DNA of 63,285 nt, the filler included, from Welwitschia mirabilis (Eukaryota): NCBI GenBank assembly GCA_051453625.1. It is 5 parts of one record of this genome, joined end to end, with 100 filler letters (N's around TTAATTAATTAA, not from the genome) between each part and the next. Parts side by side here need not be neighbours in the genome. Positions count along the whole stretch, not along the records: positions 22,370 to 54,067 come from JBOZIK010000001.1; 4 more parts are not named here. One strand, given 5' to 3'. This document shows positions 25,052 to 38,796 of this stretch, one piece after another. The stretch's first letter is position 1. Every line of letters begins with the position of its first letter. The notes below the pieces were generated by a model that saw only the letters and a list, made by a program, of their open reading frames with translations, was not told the origin of the DNA and did not search any database. A program made the translations under genes and the position numbers.

Positions 25052-26408
25052 CTATCTCCCCTCTTCTTCAGAGGCTTTCAAATACATTTGATCAGATTCC
25101 TCTGCATTATGCCCAGTTGAACTGTTATGTCCATCACCAGTACCAGGATGAGAACTCTCTGAGACTACAGTATCTTGCTTGCTTCCAACGCAAGAATCTA
25201 TTCCTAAACTCCTGCTCACCTGCACACCTTCTCCAGTACTGCTTGGCACACCACGTGCAAAGTCAGACCCTCCTCTAGAGGTTAGTGTTCCACTGTCTCT
25301 CATTGCGCTTTCAGNNNNNNNNNNNNNNNNNNNNNNNNNNNNNNNNNNNNNNNNNNNNNNNNNNNNNNNNNNNNNNNNNNNNNNNNNNNNNNNNNNNNNN
25401 NNNNNNNNNNNNNNNNNNNNNNNNNNNNNNNNNNNNNNNNNNNNNNNNNNNNNNNNNNNNNNNNNNNNNNNNNNNNNNNNNNNNNNNNNNNNNNNNNNNN
25501 NNNNNNNNNNNNNNNNNNNNNNNNNNNNNNNNNNNNNNNNNNNNNNNNNNNNNNNNNNNNNNNNNNNNNNNNNNNNNNNNNNNNNNNNNNNNNNNNNNNN
25601 NNNNNNNNNNNNNNNNNNNNNNNNNNNNNNNNNNNNNNNNNNNNNNNNNNNNNNNNNNNNNNNNNNNNNNNNNNNNNNNNNNNNNNNNNNNNNNNNNNNN
25701 NNNNNNNNNNNNNNNNNNNNNNNNNNNNNNNNNNNNNNNNNNNNNNNNNNNNNNNNNNNNNNNNNNNNNNNNNNNNNNNNNNNNNNNNNNNNNNNNNNNN
25801 NNNNNNNNNNNNNNNNNNNNNNNNNNNNNNNNNNNNNNNNNNNNNNNNNNNNNNNNNNNNNNNNNNNNNNNNNNNNNNNNNNNNNNNNNNNNNNNNNNNN
25901 NNNNNNNNNNNNNNNNNNNNNNNNNNNNNNNNNNNNNNNNNNNNNNNNNNNNNNNNNNNNNNNNNNNNNNNNNNNNNNNNNNNNNNNNNNNNNNNNNNNN
26001 NNNNNNNNNNNNNNNNNNNNNNNNNNNNNNNNNNNNNNNNNNNNNNNNNNNNNNNNNNNNNNNNNNNNNNNNNNNNNNNNNNNNNNNNNNNNNNNNNNNN
26101 NNNNNNNNNNNNNNNNNNNNNNNNNNNNNNNNNNNNNNNNNNNNNNNNNNNNNNNNNNNNNNNNNNCCATTGCTTCCTCGAGTACTCATCCCTAGCTGCC
26201 CGTGCATTGGTTGTTGATGCTGCAGCTGTTGTTGTTGATGTTGTAGTAGTTGGTGTTGCTGCTGCTGCTGATGATGTTGTTGTTGCTCCTGTAGCTGCTG
26301 GGGAGCATACTGCACTGGGAGTCTTCCTGCCAATACAGAATGTGCTACTTGTGGTTGTTGATGTTGCATGAAATGTGATGCAGGCTGCACAGAAGCACTC
26401 GGTGCCAT
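25052..26408 (-). CDS. GIF: GRF1-interacting factor (GIF/SYT), exon 4: Q/G-rich region and C-terminus; spans N-gap 25315-26166
   Basis: Acceptor TTAACAG|ATG at 26408, then MAPSASVQP...poly-Q...GQLGMSTRGSN. After the gap: ESAMRDSG...MYLKASEEEGR*, resembling the GIF1/AN3-type C-terminal YLK motif. Confidence 0.88.
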
Positions 26409-26513
26409 CTGTTAAAACTTAAAATCAATAAACCACAAAACATAAACCATAAATAGAGATCAACAAATTCAAATACAATAAAATACTTATGAGAGCAGCA
26501 TAAATAAAAACAC

Positions 26514-26598
26514 CTGAGGGGGAGCTGCTGGTTGTTGTGGTTGAGAATCAGCAATTGCTGCCAAGTACATTAAATTTTGTTGTAGCTTTGCCTGGTAT
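26514..26598 (-). CDS. GIF: GIF exon 3 (end of SSXT/SNH domain)
   Basis: GGCAG|A acceptor, YQAKLQQNLMYLAAIADSQPQQPAAPPQ, donor CAG|GTGTT. 85 nt; phase matches exon 2. Confidence 0.96.
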
Positions 26599-27071
26599 CT
26601 GCCATTTAGAAATGGTAACATTAACACTGTTGGCAATTCATGGTATTTTTCGGCAAATGGAGCTGCTGCTTTCAAGGAACTTTGTATAGAAGTAACCAAA
26701 TCTAAAGAACAGATATAAGAAGTAACCAAATCTAAAGAACAGATATGAGCCATACAAGCTTTAATTAAGTAAATGTATGAGTGATTAAGCCATGCCAGAG
26801 AGTCATAAAACATTGTTATTAACAACAGGTTGCAGAAAATGAGAAACAACAATGAAAAGGTAAGGGCCTTGTCTCAACCCTTTCTCTTCAATGCTCAAAC
26901 ATACATAACACAAAAATCTTATGTTTATCTTCTCATACATTACCAGAATGCAATCCTTCTCGGGTCATGAAGTACAAACCATTGGAAGGGAAACCAGACT
27001 TTTTTATTTGGATAGATTCTAGCATTCTCTTATCCATAAAATTGGATAACTTCAAGCATAAAAGAACTTAC

Positions 27072-27148
27072 TGAGCACATTCATTGAGTTTTCCAAGGTT
27101 CTGATTGTCCAAAATCGCAAGAATCAATTGTTTGTTTTCATCCAGGTA
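27072..27148 (-). CDS. GIF: GIF exon 2 (SSXT/SNH domain core); not in the ORF track
   Basis: CTGCAG|TAC acceptor, YLDENKQLILAILDNQNLGKLNECA(Q), donor CA|GTAAG. 77 nt. Confidence 0.97.
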
Positions 27149-29099
27149 CTGCAGAATTCCGAATGCAATAATATTAATTAATAAGACAAATCCAAATTGT
27201 TATGGTGAAAAGACAAAAAAACAAAACAAAGAAACCCGCAAATCTTCTTCATAAAGCTAACAATCTTTTGAATTTTCAGAAAATGAACTTAATCCTTTAA
27301 TAATAGAAGCAACCACAATTTCCAGCAGCATTGATTACAGCAAAACTCAGATACATCTCTGAAAACAGAATAGCTGAAATGCCTACCATGCAAGGCTAAT
27401 AAGGTGTTGTTGCAACTATTTCTTTAAGAAACGGTCATAGGTATCTTACTTTATGCATAAAAAGGCTTCTACTTGCTTATATATATGCCCAGTCAATGTT
27501 GAAATCATGTGTGCAACAAAAACAAACATTTAAAAGTTTAGATATCCCATAGGCAGCCAGCATCACTTATCCATTATGCATAGAAATAATCCAGAAAGGG
27601 GCCTTCACGTATGAAGGAGAAATCATTTTATTTAGTTTGCATGCTTCTAGTTCTTCACCAAATAAGCATTTACAAGCAATATACCCATACATAAAAAGAT
27701 GCAAGCAACAATTTACTCTGACTTTGTTGCACAACAGGACCATGGCAAAACACCTCGAAAAATCGTGAGACAAAAATTAAATGTTACATGAAACCTAAGG
27801 CAGATATAAGACAAACACCTTTAACTTATGGTAAATCTTCTTTTAGGCTTTTTACCATATAGTTGCCATTGCAATAGTCCTAACAAAACCAATGAATTAT
27901 ACTGTTCATAAACATTTGTTCAACGATTAATAATTGTCGTCACATACCAAGTAGCAGCAAATGGAATAAAACATATATTTCCTTGAACAATGAAATAGAA
28001 GGTACATGTCCAGTTCCCAGGGGAACATTATCTGAAGATCTTAAAAAACAACCAAAAGATAAAAAAAAAAGAGAGAGAAAAGGAAAAAGCGTCTGAAAAT
28101 CAATCTACCTCTCAGGTCTCTCTGGCAGCTTAGCAATGTGAGGGACACAATTAATTTTTGGAATTTATGTGAAACACTAAAGGAGTTAGATGGCATGCAA
28201 ATAATACCTATCCACCAAAACGTTAACCTATTCATCGGCTACCAACTTTTATAACGGTACATAGTTCACAGCATCTAATAGTAATTCAGTAACAACAGTG
28301 CCACTGAAAAACATGTTCCCTTAAAGGCACAACTGAAAGCTAAGTCAGTGTCCAAATCACATCAATTGAGAAATTTCAAAATAAATGTGTAAAGATTATC
28401 TCTCTAGTTTATCTAACAGCTTGGTTAGGATATTAAGACTTTGATGTCAAACACTGCAAGACCTTTTTTAATGGAAGAAGGTAATTCATGAAATACCATA
28501 CTACACTCCCACAGCCATTGGTCCGCTTTGCTAGATGAAAACCCATTAGTGACCCTTCTTGGCTAAAGAGCAAGCCACCACATGTCCAGCTTTTTCCTGT
28601 GGCTCACGCCTTACATACAGCCTAGGACCACACCTTACACACACAGTAGGGCTTCAGCCGAAAGTTGGATGCTTCAACAGAATGTTAAACAAACATCATA
28701 AAATTGCACATTCATGGTTTCCTACCATTTTGAACCCATCAGACTGGTCCACAGTCCACATATCTGCAGCAATAATGGTCTGGTAACAACTTCTTCGAAA
28801 CACATACAGAAACAATAGTTAAAGTGACATTTGCATATTGAAATTCATGGTTTCCTTGCTTTTTTAAGAAATAAGGCCAGTCCACGTTAGCAAAAACTTA
28901 AGAAAAGCCAGGGGCAAAAAAAAGATTGCAGCAACAAGAGTTTCGTAACACCTTCTTTGAAACACAGGCAGCAACAATGGTTCAAATGACATTTGCATGT
29001 TATATTGATGGGGCTCTGCATATACAACTAACTAATTTCTCTCACCCAGTGAAATATTATTCCTACTTTCTAACATATTCTATAAATAGTCAGGTCTTG

Positions 29100-29960
29100 C
29101 GAATGAAATTAAACAGTTAAAGCACTTTTCACGTCATAAAATACAAGTATGACCAGAAAACCGAGCGAACTCGACCATATCCTTCTTTCCTTTTTAAAAA
29201 AGAAAAAAGAAAGTTCCTTGCAGAAGCAGAATCCGGACCATGACGTGGTATCTTCATTAAAGACTTATCATATTCAAGCTTGCTTAGAGCTGCCTATACT
29301 CTAAGATCTAAAAAGCACAAACTCGCCTTGGCTCAACTGGAACAACGGAAAGCAATAAATTAAATCAAACGTTTTCTAAATCAAAATCTAGAAACGCTGA
29401 AAAAGGATCATAAGGAATTACGGCAGATGAATAACAAAACCAAAAACTAGTTTATTCAATCGTTTCTTCATAGAAATCGTTCAATGCCGTTTTTTGTACC
29501 AAACTGAAAGGCGGTCACAGAATTCTCCAGAATAACTATCGAACGCATGACCGCAGCAAACATTCCGGAATTCAATCGAAAAGTTATAGACAGAAACATG
29601 TAACAGAGAGCAAACCTAATTTCTCATTCGAAGCAACTTGCAAGCGTGCTTTGTTTAAGGGAAAATATGATTTTACCTTCTGAATATGCTCAGTAGTGAT
29701 ATTTGTAGTGGCGAATGCAGGAATCATGGGCTGCATTTGCATTTGCATTGGCATTTGGGGATGAGAATGAGAATGACCTTGCATTGGCTGTTGCTGCGTC
29801 TTGCCTTGCTCCCAGTGCCTCCGTTGCCCGTCTCTGTCGAAAGAATGGAAACAGCTTCCCATTCAGTGCATTCGCGGATGCACCATGCCACTATAGCATC
29901 GACCATCCACAATTTCGTACGGCTTTGTAACAAAGCGCCGGGACCCGTCTTGTATCATTG
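29100..29960 (-). promoter_or_regulatory. CpG-retaining island over the GIF 5' end, exon 1 and proximal intron 1
   Basis: CG dinucleotides are frequent here (e.g. AAAGCGCCGGGACCCGTC, CCGAGCGAACTCGACC) but nearly absent from the flanking TE DNA. Confidence 0.6.
29677..29862 (-). CDS. GIF: GIF exon 1 (start at 29862, or more probably the MQGH ATG at 29784)
   Basis: ...MQPMIPAFATTNITTEHIQK then donor AAG|GTAAA. Joins in frame to exon 2 to give the family signature ITTEHIQKYLDENKQLIL. Confidence 0.93.
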
Positions 29961-30714
29961 TCTTGCAAAATTTAATTTGGAAATTTTAAAGGAATTTAAT
30001 TCATGAAAATTATATAATATTTCTAGAGTTCTTGATTTGAGAATATTTATTGGGTTTCTTTGCTTGATAGTATTTATCAGGTTATTAGTTTATATAGCCT
30101 CATAAGAATGCAGGTAGCTTTGTGAGTTAAAGAATTGATCACCAAATGTCTATGTTTCACATTTGATTTATAACTAAGACAATAGAAGTTGGGTGTATAC
30201 TTAAGATGGTGAGGCTTGATTTGTATGTACCATGAATATATGGATAGAAGCACAAGCCTACCAAACATGTTAGAACTCAAATTTAATACTTTAAAGTTTA
30301 CTTCTTATAAATATGGATTAAACTTGTTTGAAGCTCACTACTTATAAATATAGGTTGAACTTTGAGAAAATGGGAGATTCATAACAACTTTGACATTTTT
30401 GATAATGAAGAAAGTAACTGCTCATTTATATATCATATAAATATAACATAGCCAAGAGCATGTGAAAGTCATTGGTTGTGTTCTTTTTTCAATTTGCAAA
30501 ATTCTCCTCCTTCCACTATACCGCTATTTTACTTATGAAGCTATTGTGCTAGAGTATCAAAGTTTTCAGCTTTCAGTATCTAGATTTGCAACCTTTTAGT
30601 ATTTGAATGTGAAAGATGCTATGGTCGTATTTCAAATATACATTGCATTTATATAAGCATCACTTCTTTTAAGGGTTACAACTTTTTATTAAAACTCCAT
30701 AAATCCCTTTTTTA

Positions 30715-31016
30715 ATTTTTTTAAAAAAATTTAGGGTGATGTCGTGATGCTTGATTACAAACAATTGATTGACTAGATGGCCTTGATCCTCTTAATCAAT
30801 TATTCGTGTTATAACATGACTTTAGGAGGATGCTGAACTCGAAACTTTTAGGGCTTGTATTTCCCCCCAGTAGTACAATCAATAGGATTATCCAAATGAA
30901 TAATTTAATTGCTCCTAAGGCCTCATAGTGTGCCAAGCATGGCATCTAAATGTTCAAACCGTGACCCTTTAAATGGAGGACAAATGTTTAACTAGTTGAA
31001 CTACTAACCCATTGGC
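30715..31016 (-). mobile_element. tRNA-derived SINE-like element ~0.85 kb upstream of the GIF start codon
   Basis: Minus strand reads GCCAATGGGTTAGTAGTTCAACTAGTT (A-box-like) then GGTTTGAAC (B-box-like, 30952-30960), with an A-rich tail at about 30708-30722. Confidence 0.55.
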
Positions 31017-33399
31017 ATTAAAAACATGATTTAAGTTTGTACCTTGGCTAGATGTTGCAACTAAATTCTTGGCATTCAATCATAATCAATGATTAAGAAT
31101 GGAAGGACTAAGATAACATGTGAAAAATAGGGAGTTTATTAGCTCCCCTACATCTATGCTAAGGCCATAATAGGTTGACTTCTAATTATAAACATAAGAA
31201 AAACCTATCACATTACTTTCACACCACTTTTATGCTTTTAAGCTCTGTAAAACCTATTATGGGACTTTACATTATGAAATATTTCTATGATGTCATTTTC
31301 CTATGCCTTCTATTTTCTAGTAAATGTCCAAATCAGAGTTTCATTAATTCACTATGTGAAATTTAACCTTTTTGAAAATAAAGGGAATTATCCAATCTAA
31401 AATGTAATATAGATAAGATAAGCTCAAAACATAATTATAACTCACAAAAACAACATAAATTCAATAGTTATAATTTTTTAATTAATGTGTTTATTTTTAT
31501 TTTTATTTTATTTTTTTTGCGGGGGAACTTTTGAGAATCGGTCTTATAACCATAAAGACATGGGAACATTACTTTACTATTGTGACGTCTCTTTAGATAT
31601 GTGTTTTTCATTTTTATATATAACTTATTTTTCTTTTTCCCTACGAGAGAGAAATAAAGTCTATGTAGACAATACATGGTTTTGTTTTCTAGTTTTATGT
31701 ATATTAACTCTTTCAGTGAAAACAAATTTTTGAATATATTGCTTGGTACTAGCTTTCTGGTATTGTTAGAATGTATACAAAAAATGAGTAAATATTACTT
31801 TCTATATATAAATGAACCTAAGTGCATGTATTGTAATGATATTCTATAGGATTTTACTATTAGATATGAAATCAAAAAGCTTTAAGTGATAAATTTAGTA
31901 TATTTTATCTACTAATTCAAAGTGAACCTATTGTACTATGTTGAAATTAGTGTAAGGGATTTGGTAAATCTCCTTATTCTATAGTTGGCTTGTATTGCCC
32001 TTTGGATACATGGATTTAGTTTAGATCATCTTAATCTAACTGTGATTTCTACATTCTTCATTTAATGGTGAAGATGATATTAGTAATCTAGAAGATTGAA
32101 GTATCGAAAATTTAGTTTTCCTTACTACAACTGACATGTAATTATTTAAATGAATTTATCATGAATCAAATTTTACAATTTTTGATCAAAGAGAATAATA
32201 TGTCCTCTATTAATGTGAATGCACAAATTTATTTTGTTGAATTAGAGTAAGTTAAAATTATTTTTAGTTGTTATGTATGACCCTTTGATATGTTATATTC
32301 TTTCCTTTTATCAAGGTTTGTAAAACATCCACCATGTTTAATTCTCAAAAATTATTATTATTAAGGATAACTTTGTTTATTTTCTTAGCTAATAATCTTC
32401 TTCACAACAAAGTTAGTACATAACTCTATTACAAAGTTAATGTGTTTTCATGTTTATATTGTATCAAAACTATCTAGTGGATTTTAAACATAGTACCATT
32501 ATAGAGATAGGACTTTATGTTCATATTTGTAGGCCAAATTGAATCCTTCAATTTTGTTTTGTTAAGCATAACTTTTAATAGAACCAACTATGTTATGCAT
32601 TCAGTTCTCTCACTTTAAATTATGAAAATTGAATTTTAAAGTCTAGTTGATTTTGAAGGTAAGTAGGATGGTTATTTTTTAGATGAATCATAATGTCCAC
32701 TAGCATAAAACATTTTCTTTGTGTTCATTCATTCTCTTTGAAAATATCAACATATTTGGAAAGTCTTATTTCATTTACATCATTTGATATAATTTTCATC
32801 TAAATTCATGCTTCCCCTTTGATTAAAGTTCTAAAGACATGTGCCACGGTGGTATAGTGGCTAGAGAGGGATTTGTAATGTTCTATATAAGTCATATGAT
32901 TTAAGTTTGTAATGTTCTTATATAAGTCATATGATTTAGGTAAGTTTTGTTAAGTTGTTTAATATAAATGGAAATATATTAGAATATCATTTAAGATATG
33001 TCTTTTAAGTAATAAGGCTTTAGAAAAAAAGAATTTTAAATTTAATTTAGCTTGAAGTATACAAATCTACATATAATCTAGTATGTGTTATGTTTTTCAG
33101 AACAAATGTAACATATGTAAATCTCATGTGCTTTTTTAACATTAGAATAAATTAAATGCATATCTAGTTGGTAGAAATGGTTAATTAAAACAAATCTAAA
33201 TTCAAGTATAAGTTATAGATTTTTAAAAAAATATAATACATATTATATGTTTTGGAAGATGTTAATCGCAAAACTTTTTGTGATAATGCCTCCTCCGTAG
33301 GAGTACAATTACCATGGTAACCCAAAAAAATGCATTTATTATACTAAGGCATCATAGTCTACTAATTAGATCATTCAAAGTTCTCAATGCATGGCCTCC

Positions 33400-36300
33400 T
33401 AAATAGATGATAAGTGTCCCAACAGTTGGAATAACATCCCATTAGTACATATTATATATTTGAATGCCTGAATAATGTTATATCTAATATTGAGCAACAA
33501 GATCAATTATCTTAAAAATTAAACAATTAAAAAGATAGTTAATCCTAGTTTGGGGGAAGAAATCAATAACTACTGAGATGTTCTCATGATTATTAATGAT
33601 AAAAACATAAAGATGTCATAAAAAAACAATGCAACATATAATCTAACATATATTTCAAATAAAAGATAATATAGAGCATATTGTAAATGAGAAACATGGC
33701 TAAACTTATATCATAGAGCATTTATAATTTCCTATCAAAAGATAACTAATATTTAAGCCATATCATAGAAATCTTTTCGAATATAACACCACCTTAGCAA
33801 CTCAAGTGAAACATCTATATTATAAGTGCATATCATAATTAAACAAATTTTACAATATCATTTTTATGTAAATTTTATGCGTAAAAATCATATTGTAATC
33901 TAGTATGATTCTGCTAGATATCATCTAGTGATAAATATTGTAAAATTATACAATATGAAGAATAATAGTAATGTAATTAATATAATCACATTTCAATTTA
34001 AACAAAGACAACATTTCCAACTCTTCTTCCTTGTCTTATATTCTCCATAATCAAAGTATCCTAAATATGTTTTTTGAAAGTTTACTATTGATCCCTTTTC
34101 TCTTTTTTAATTCAATTTTCAAAACTTCAAAAGATCTTTTAAATGCATAATTTTTGCCCTTTTTGGGATGAGTTCTTCTCCTTAAGTAGGAGGTTATCAA
34201 TCTAGACTAGTAACATTTTGTGATAGTTTTTGGAATTCTCTTTAAATAGTAGGATCTAATAGCATAGCCTTGTCCATTATTGTGCATTTTACATGTAATG
34301 AACCTAGTGTAGTACTTGAATTATTAATAACACTTTGCAAATTATAAGTTTTAATATCTATTGTTTTAATTTTCTTTGTAACATCTCATTTTTAGAAAAT
34401 TTACTTAGCTTATAATTCTTAATTTTGTTCAAAAGACAAGTCATTATAATCTATATTTTTTATATCTAAATTCATTCAATTAAACTATTATATAATTCTC
34501 TATTAGTAGCTAGATAAATCTAGAATTAATGTCACATGTTCTATTTCCTATACTATCTTTTAAGATGATTCATCTCTAAATGATGATGAGATTGTTTTTA
34601 TATCGCAAGTCATTTTGTTTGCATTTATGACATTTAAGATCTATAGTAACTGATTTTTCACTTACTTATAAAATCCTTGCTGCTTAATGATATATTACTT
34701 TGGGCTAAGAAGGCAATGATGATTTTTGTGATTTTCTTTATTTAGTCTTTCTTGGATGTTTATCTTATTAAAAATTATTTCTAATGCTTATGAGGATAAG
34801 CTTTTTATTTATTAGTTCTCAACTCCTTTTTAAAGTATTTCACTTCCCTTGCAAGTATTTCATTTAGCCTAAATAATAGATTTTAAGCTTTGAAAATTCC
34901 CTTGCAATCCTTATGGAATAATGATAGTTAGGATTTCCTGTACTACAACTAATAATTCTAGATTTTATTTTTAAGACTGCTATTGCTTTTTCTCAAAAAG
35001 AGGACATATCTCTCCTTGAAAGTGGAGTTTATTCTAAAGCAAGAAGGACAAATATTTCCTTGAGTATAATTTATCAAGGTATAAGACTTAATAAACTTTG
35101 AATATTGTTAAAATAAATTAGTGGAAAAACCATTTGGTCTAGAAATTTATTAGGATTTATCTTAAACAAAGATGTTTTAATCTTTTTCATAGTATGTTCT
35201 TTTGAAAAACTTATAATTTATTATCTTCCAAATGTCTATTTATAAGAGAAACAACTTATTAATGTTATCTAAATTTATTTGTTTGGAATTCACTAATAAA
35301 TTATTATTGTATTTAATAGTAATTTTTCTATTTTACTAGTATCATGAACATGTCAATTTTCTTTGTGTTTAAGACAAAGGATTAGACTAAGATAGTTTTT
35401 CCTTTATAACGTATATGTAAAAAAAATCTAAAATTTTCATCACCTTCTTTATTCCACTTAATTTTTGTTCTCTATAGTTAGTAAACCACTCTTGATTTTA
35501 TAAAATCTAAAGATCCTAAGACATTTTATTTCATTTTTATCTAAATCGTATGTCCATCCATCCTTCTGAATCTCTTCTTAAAGCTACTAAACTTTATAAA
35601 TTAAAACATTTTTAATTTTTTCTAATTAACATGTAAAAGTTAATTTAGGATTTTATGTGTTCCTTCACATTAATTAACTTGTAATGTAACTAGAATTGCT
35701 TTGATCTTATGGCTTTGGTCTTTCACCATTCTTGAATTTTCTTTTAAATTAAAAATTTAAAATCAACCATTTATCCATTGAAAAATTAGCATTTATTTTA
35801 ATAAATATGAGTTTGAAGGAGAATCAACCAGCATTCTAAATCAATACAAGTAGTGGTTTAACTCTGATTTTAAAAAAGCAAAAATCTCAAAAAAATTTAC
35901 AAGGAATATGTCCAACTTTTTAAAAAATTAAAGTCAATTCAAATTTTCTATTACTAAGTATAACTTTTAGTTATAGTTTGCATTTAATTAAAATCTTCTA
36001 CATCTCTTTTAAATTTTTTTAATTCCTTGGATTCAATAAAAATTAAATGAGAAAATAAAATATTCTATTTTTCAAAATGATATTATTGACATATGATAAA
36101 AAGAAAGTATTTTTATTCTAATCATATTCCTATAAAAGAAACAAAGGTAAGAAGTTGTACAAAGTCATATAGTATGCTTTGATTTAAAATAATCATATTT
36201 CATTTAAGAAATAAAATGTTCTTGTGTTAAAAAAACACTAATTCTTTTGTACCTATGGCATGAATGCCTGCTTTAGCATCATGAACATCAGCTAAGGGAA

Positions 36301-36550
36301 TCAGAAGTGGTTAAAGTGAAAATCATGAAAATAATATTGATACTTTTATAGAGTTACTTAATTGATCTTTATTACCTATCATACTTGGTAAATAGCTTCC
36401 AAAATTAGCTGTCTCATTGAAGGATCCACAACAATACATGAATATAGTCCTCTATAGCCAACTAAGTTATCTCTTGGGTACTGTACTAACTATAGCTTTA
36501 AAATTTTAAATTAGAAGAAATACGTGGCAATTTTATTAGAAAGCTTAGAA
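33400..36550 (-). mobile_element. Heavily decayed L1-like LINE ORF2 (endonuclease-RT); boundaries approximate
   Basis: Minus strand about 35150-35085 reads NK-SRPNGFSTNLF*QYSKFIK, a decayed KSPGPDGFTxEFFxxxWxxIK. Later QQGF (~34675) and YL(K/G) (~34180) relics fall in the expected order. Confidence 0.6.
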
Positions 36551-38796
36551 TTGATTCTAGATATGAAAAACAACATAATTTTTGAAGTAGGAATAAAAGG
36601 ATGGTTAATTCTTTAGAGCTTATGATTATTAATTAATAAAGAATTTAATATATTCTAGCGAGAATTAGTTTTTCTCGTAATCTTATTCTTATGAATAATA
36701 ACATTACATAAGCTTATTGATTCAAAACATGATATATTATTAACATTCATTTTCTTCAAAGTCATATTATGAAATAAAGTAAGAAGCCTTCAAAATTTGT
36801 GCCAAATTTTAAAACTCCAAAAATATACACAAAATATCCTCCTTGATAATTACATCTTAAAATATTCAATTCTGACCCCTTAAACCTATGTAAATTAATT
36901 ATCTAAAGGCTATAACCATATTTAGAAATTATTTTTTTACTAATAGGTCTTTGATCGTAATTAGTACTAAATTTTTATTCTAAAACACTTATCCTCAAAA
37001 TTTGCTTTGCAACTTGTGAAACGTTGATTAAGCCCTTGTCACATGCTATGAAACTAGTTGTTGATTAATAACATTAGAAGATATGTTGAAACCCTAAAAA
37101 TTATAATAGATATAATAATCACTATGTTAGAGGTAGAATTCCTCAATGAATTGTTATTTTTGTAACAAGGCAGTAACATTATGCATTTGGGGCAGTAAGC
37201 ATTAACATATTTAATAAAGGACTCTAATAAATTTGGTGTATTATTTATTTGGTTAAACATCCATTTGAGGGGTATAAATCTTATAGAAAAACATCAAGTT
37301 ATAACTACCAACCTTTCTTCAAAGTCAGAAAAATGGTTTGATCGAGGCATAGGGTGTTTAACAAGTTGGGTGTAATACTTAACAAATCCCATTTGGATCC
37401 GCTATGATCCTAGAGGAAAGACCTAGATGGTAAACCCCTTTAGCTACTTTGTTAAGCTAGATTACCTTTGATGGTGTAGACTATTCGTGGTTGTGAAGAT
37501 GTACATTTTCAATGGTTAATAAAGAGTGAAAGCTTCTTTTAAATTATGCATAATTTTTTATTTTTTCATTATGATAAATATTCACTTGCATTAATATTTT
37601 ATGTCTAAGTATAAACAATGATAGAACACCTCCTTATCTTTTTAATTATGTATTTTGCTACTTTATGTCACTTTAATGAAGACAGGTTTATAACTTTTAA
37701 GCAAGTGTAAGACTTTACATGTTATTTCAAGTGGTTCATTTTTGGAACCTTATTCGTTATTGAGATTTATTCTTATAATTTATTATTGTTTTTTCCCACA
37801 TTAAAAAAAAGGTAACATGAAGATAATAAACAAATTGGAATTGACAACCATTTCAATACCCTAATTCTTTATTTAGAAAATTCTAAAAATAAATGGTAGA
37901 CATCTAATCACATTTAGGTAATGATATGAATGTTAAAACATATGAACAATCTACTATCAAGTGGATAAGAAATAAATTTTTGATACATTATAAGCATTTT
38001 TCTATTCCACTCTTCCCCCCTCCCCCCTTTTCAACCCAAGAAATTCAATAGGCTAAGGGATAAAACTACAAGATAGGATCATCAATCACATAATCATTAA
38101 ACTAGCCATATTTAATTGATCTTCAAGGTTTATAATAGTATTATAAAGGGGGAAATGAAATTATTACTACAGATGTAAGAAAAAAGAAATTTACTAAAAG
38201 TTTGCTTGTTTCAAAAAATTAATGTAGAAATGATGGAAATTTTAAATTGTTTTCCTCAACATAAAATACCATACAAATTTCAACCTATTTTGACTTATTA
38301 ATTCCCTATAATTTTTTAAAAATCTTACTCTATCATTACTCTAGTTAATTATAACTAATATTCTTAAATAGAAGTTACACATGTGCATTTTTTTCCTATT
38401 ATAAATAGATGATGTAATATTTTAAGAAAAAAAGAGATATCAAAGGTTCCTAAGTCTTTTTATGATATAATGATATGTTATTATATACTTATGGTAATTC
38501 AAGAAAATGGATTATGATATTAAACTTCAAATAGTTGTGAAGTCTTATTCATATCATTTATGATATTTTTTTCTTATAATATATTAACAATTGTAATAGA
38601 ATAAAATGCTTATAACAGATCATTTATGAAGAAGCTACAATATCAAGATATGGAATGTAGAATTCACAATACTTCTTCAAATATCTATGATATGAAATAT
38701 ACTGTAAATTTATTGATATCTAGCATGAATTGCTTAACTCTTTATATCTATACATGTAGATTAAATGATGTCTAAAAACTTAAAAATAAGACAAGT

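Noticed and set aside
29686..30006. Plus-strand ORFs overlapping GIF exon 1, and 24973-25278 overlapping exon 4
   Set aside because: Antisense shadows of GC-richer coding sequence with no recognisable domain.
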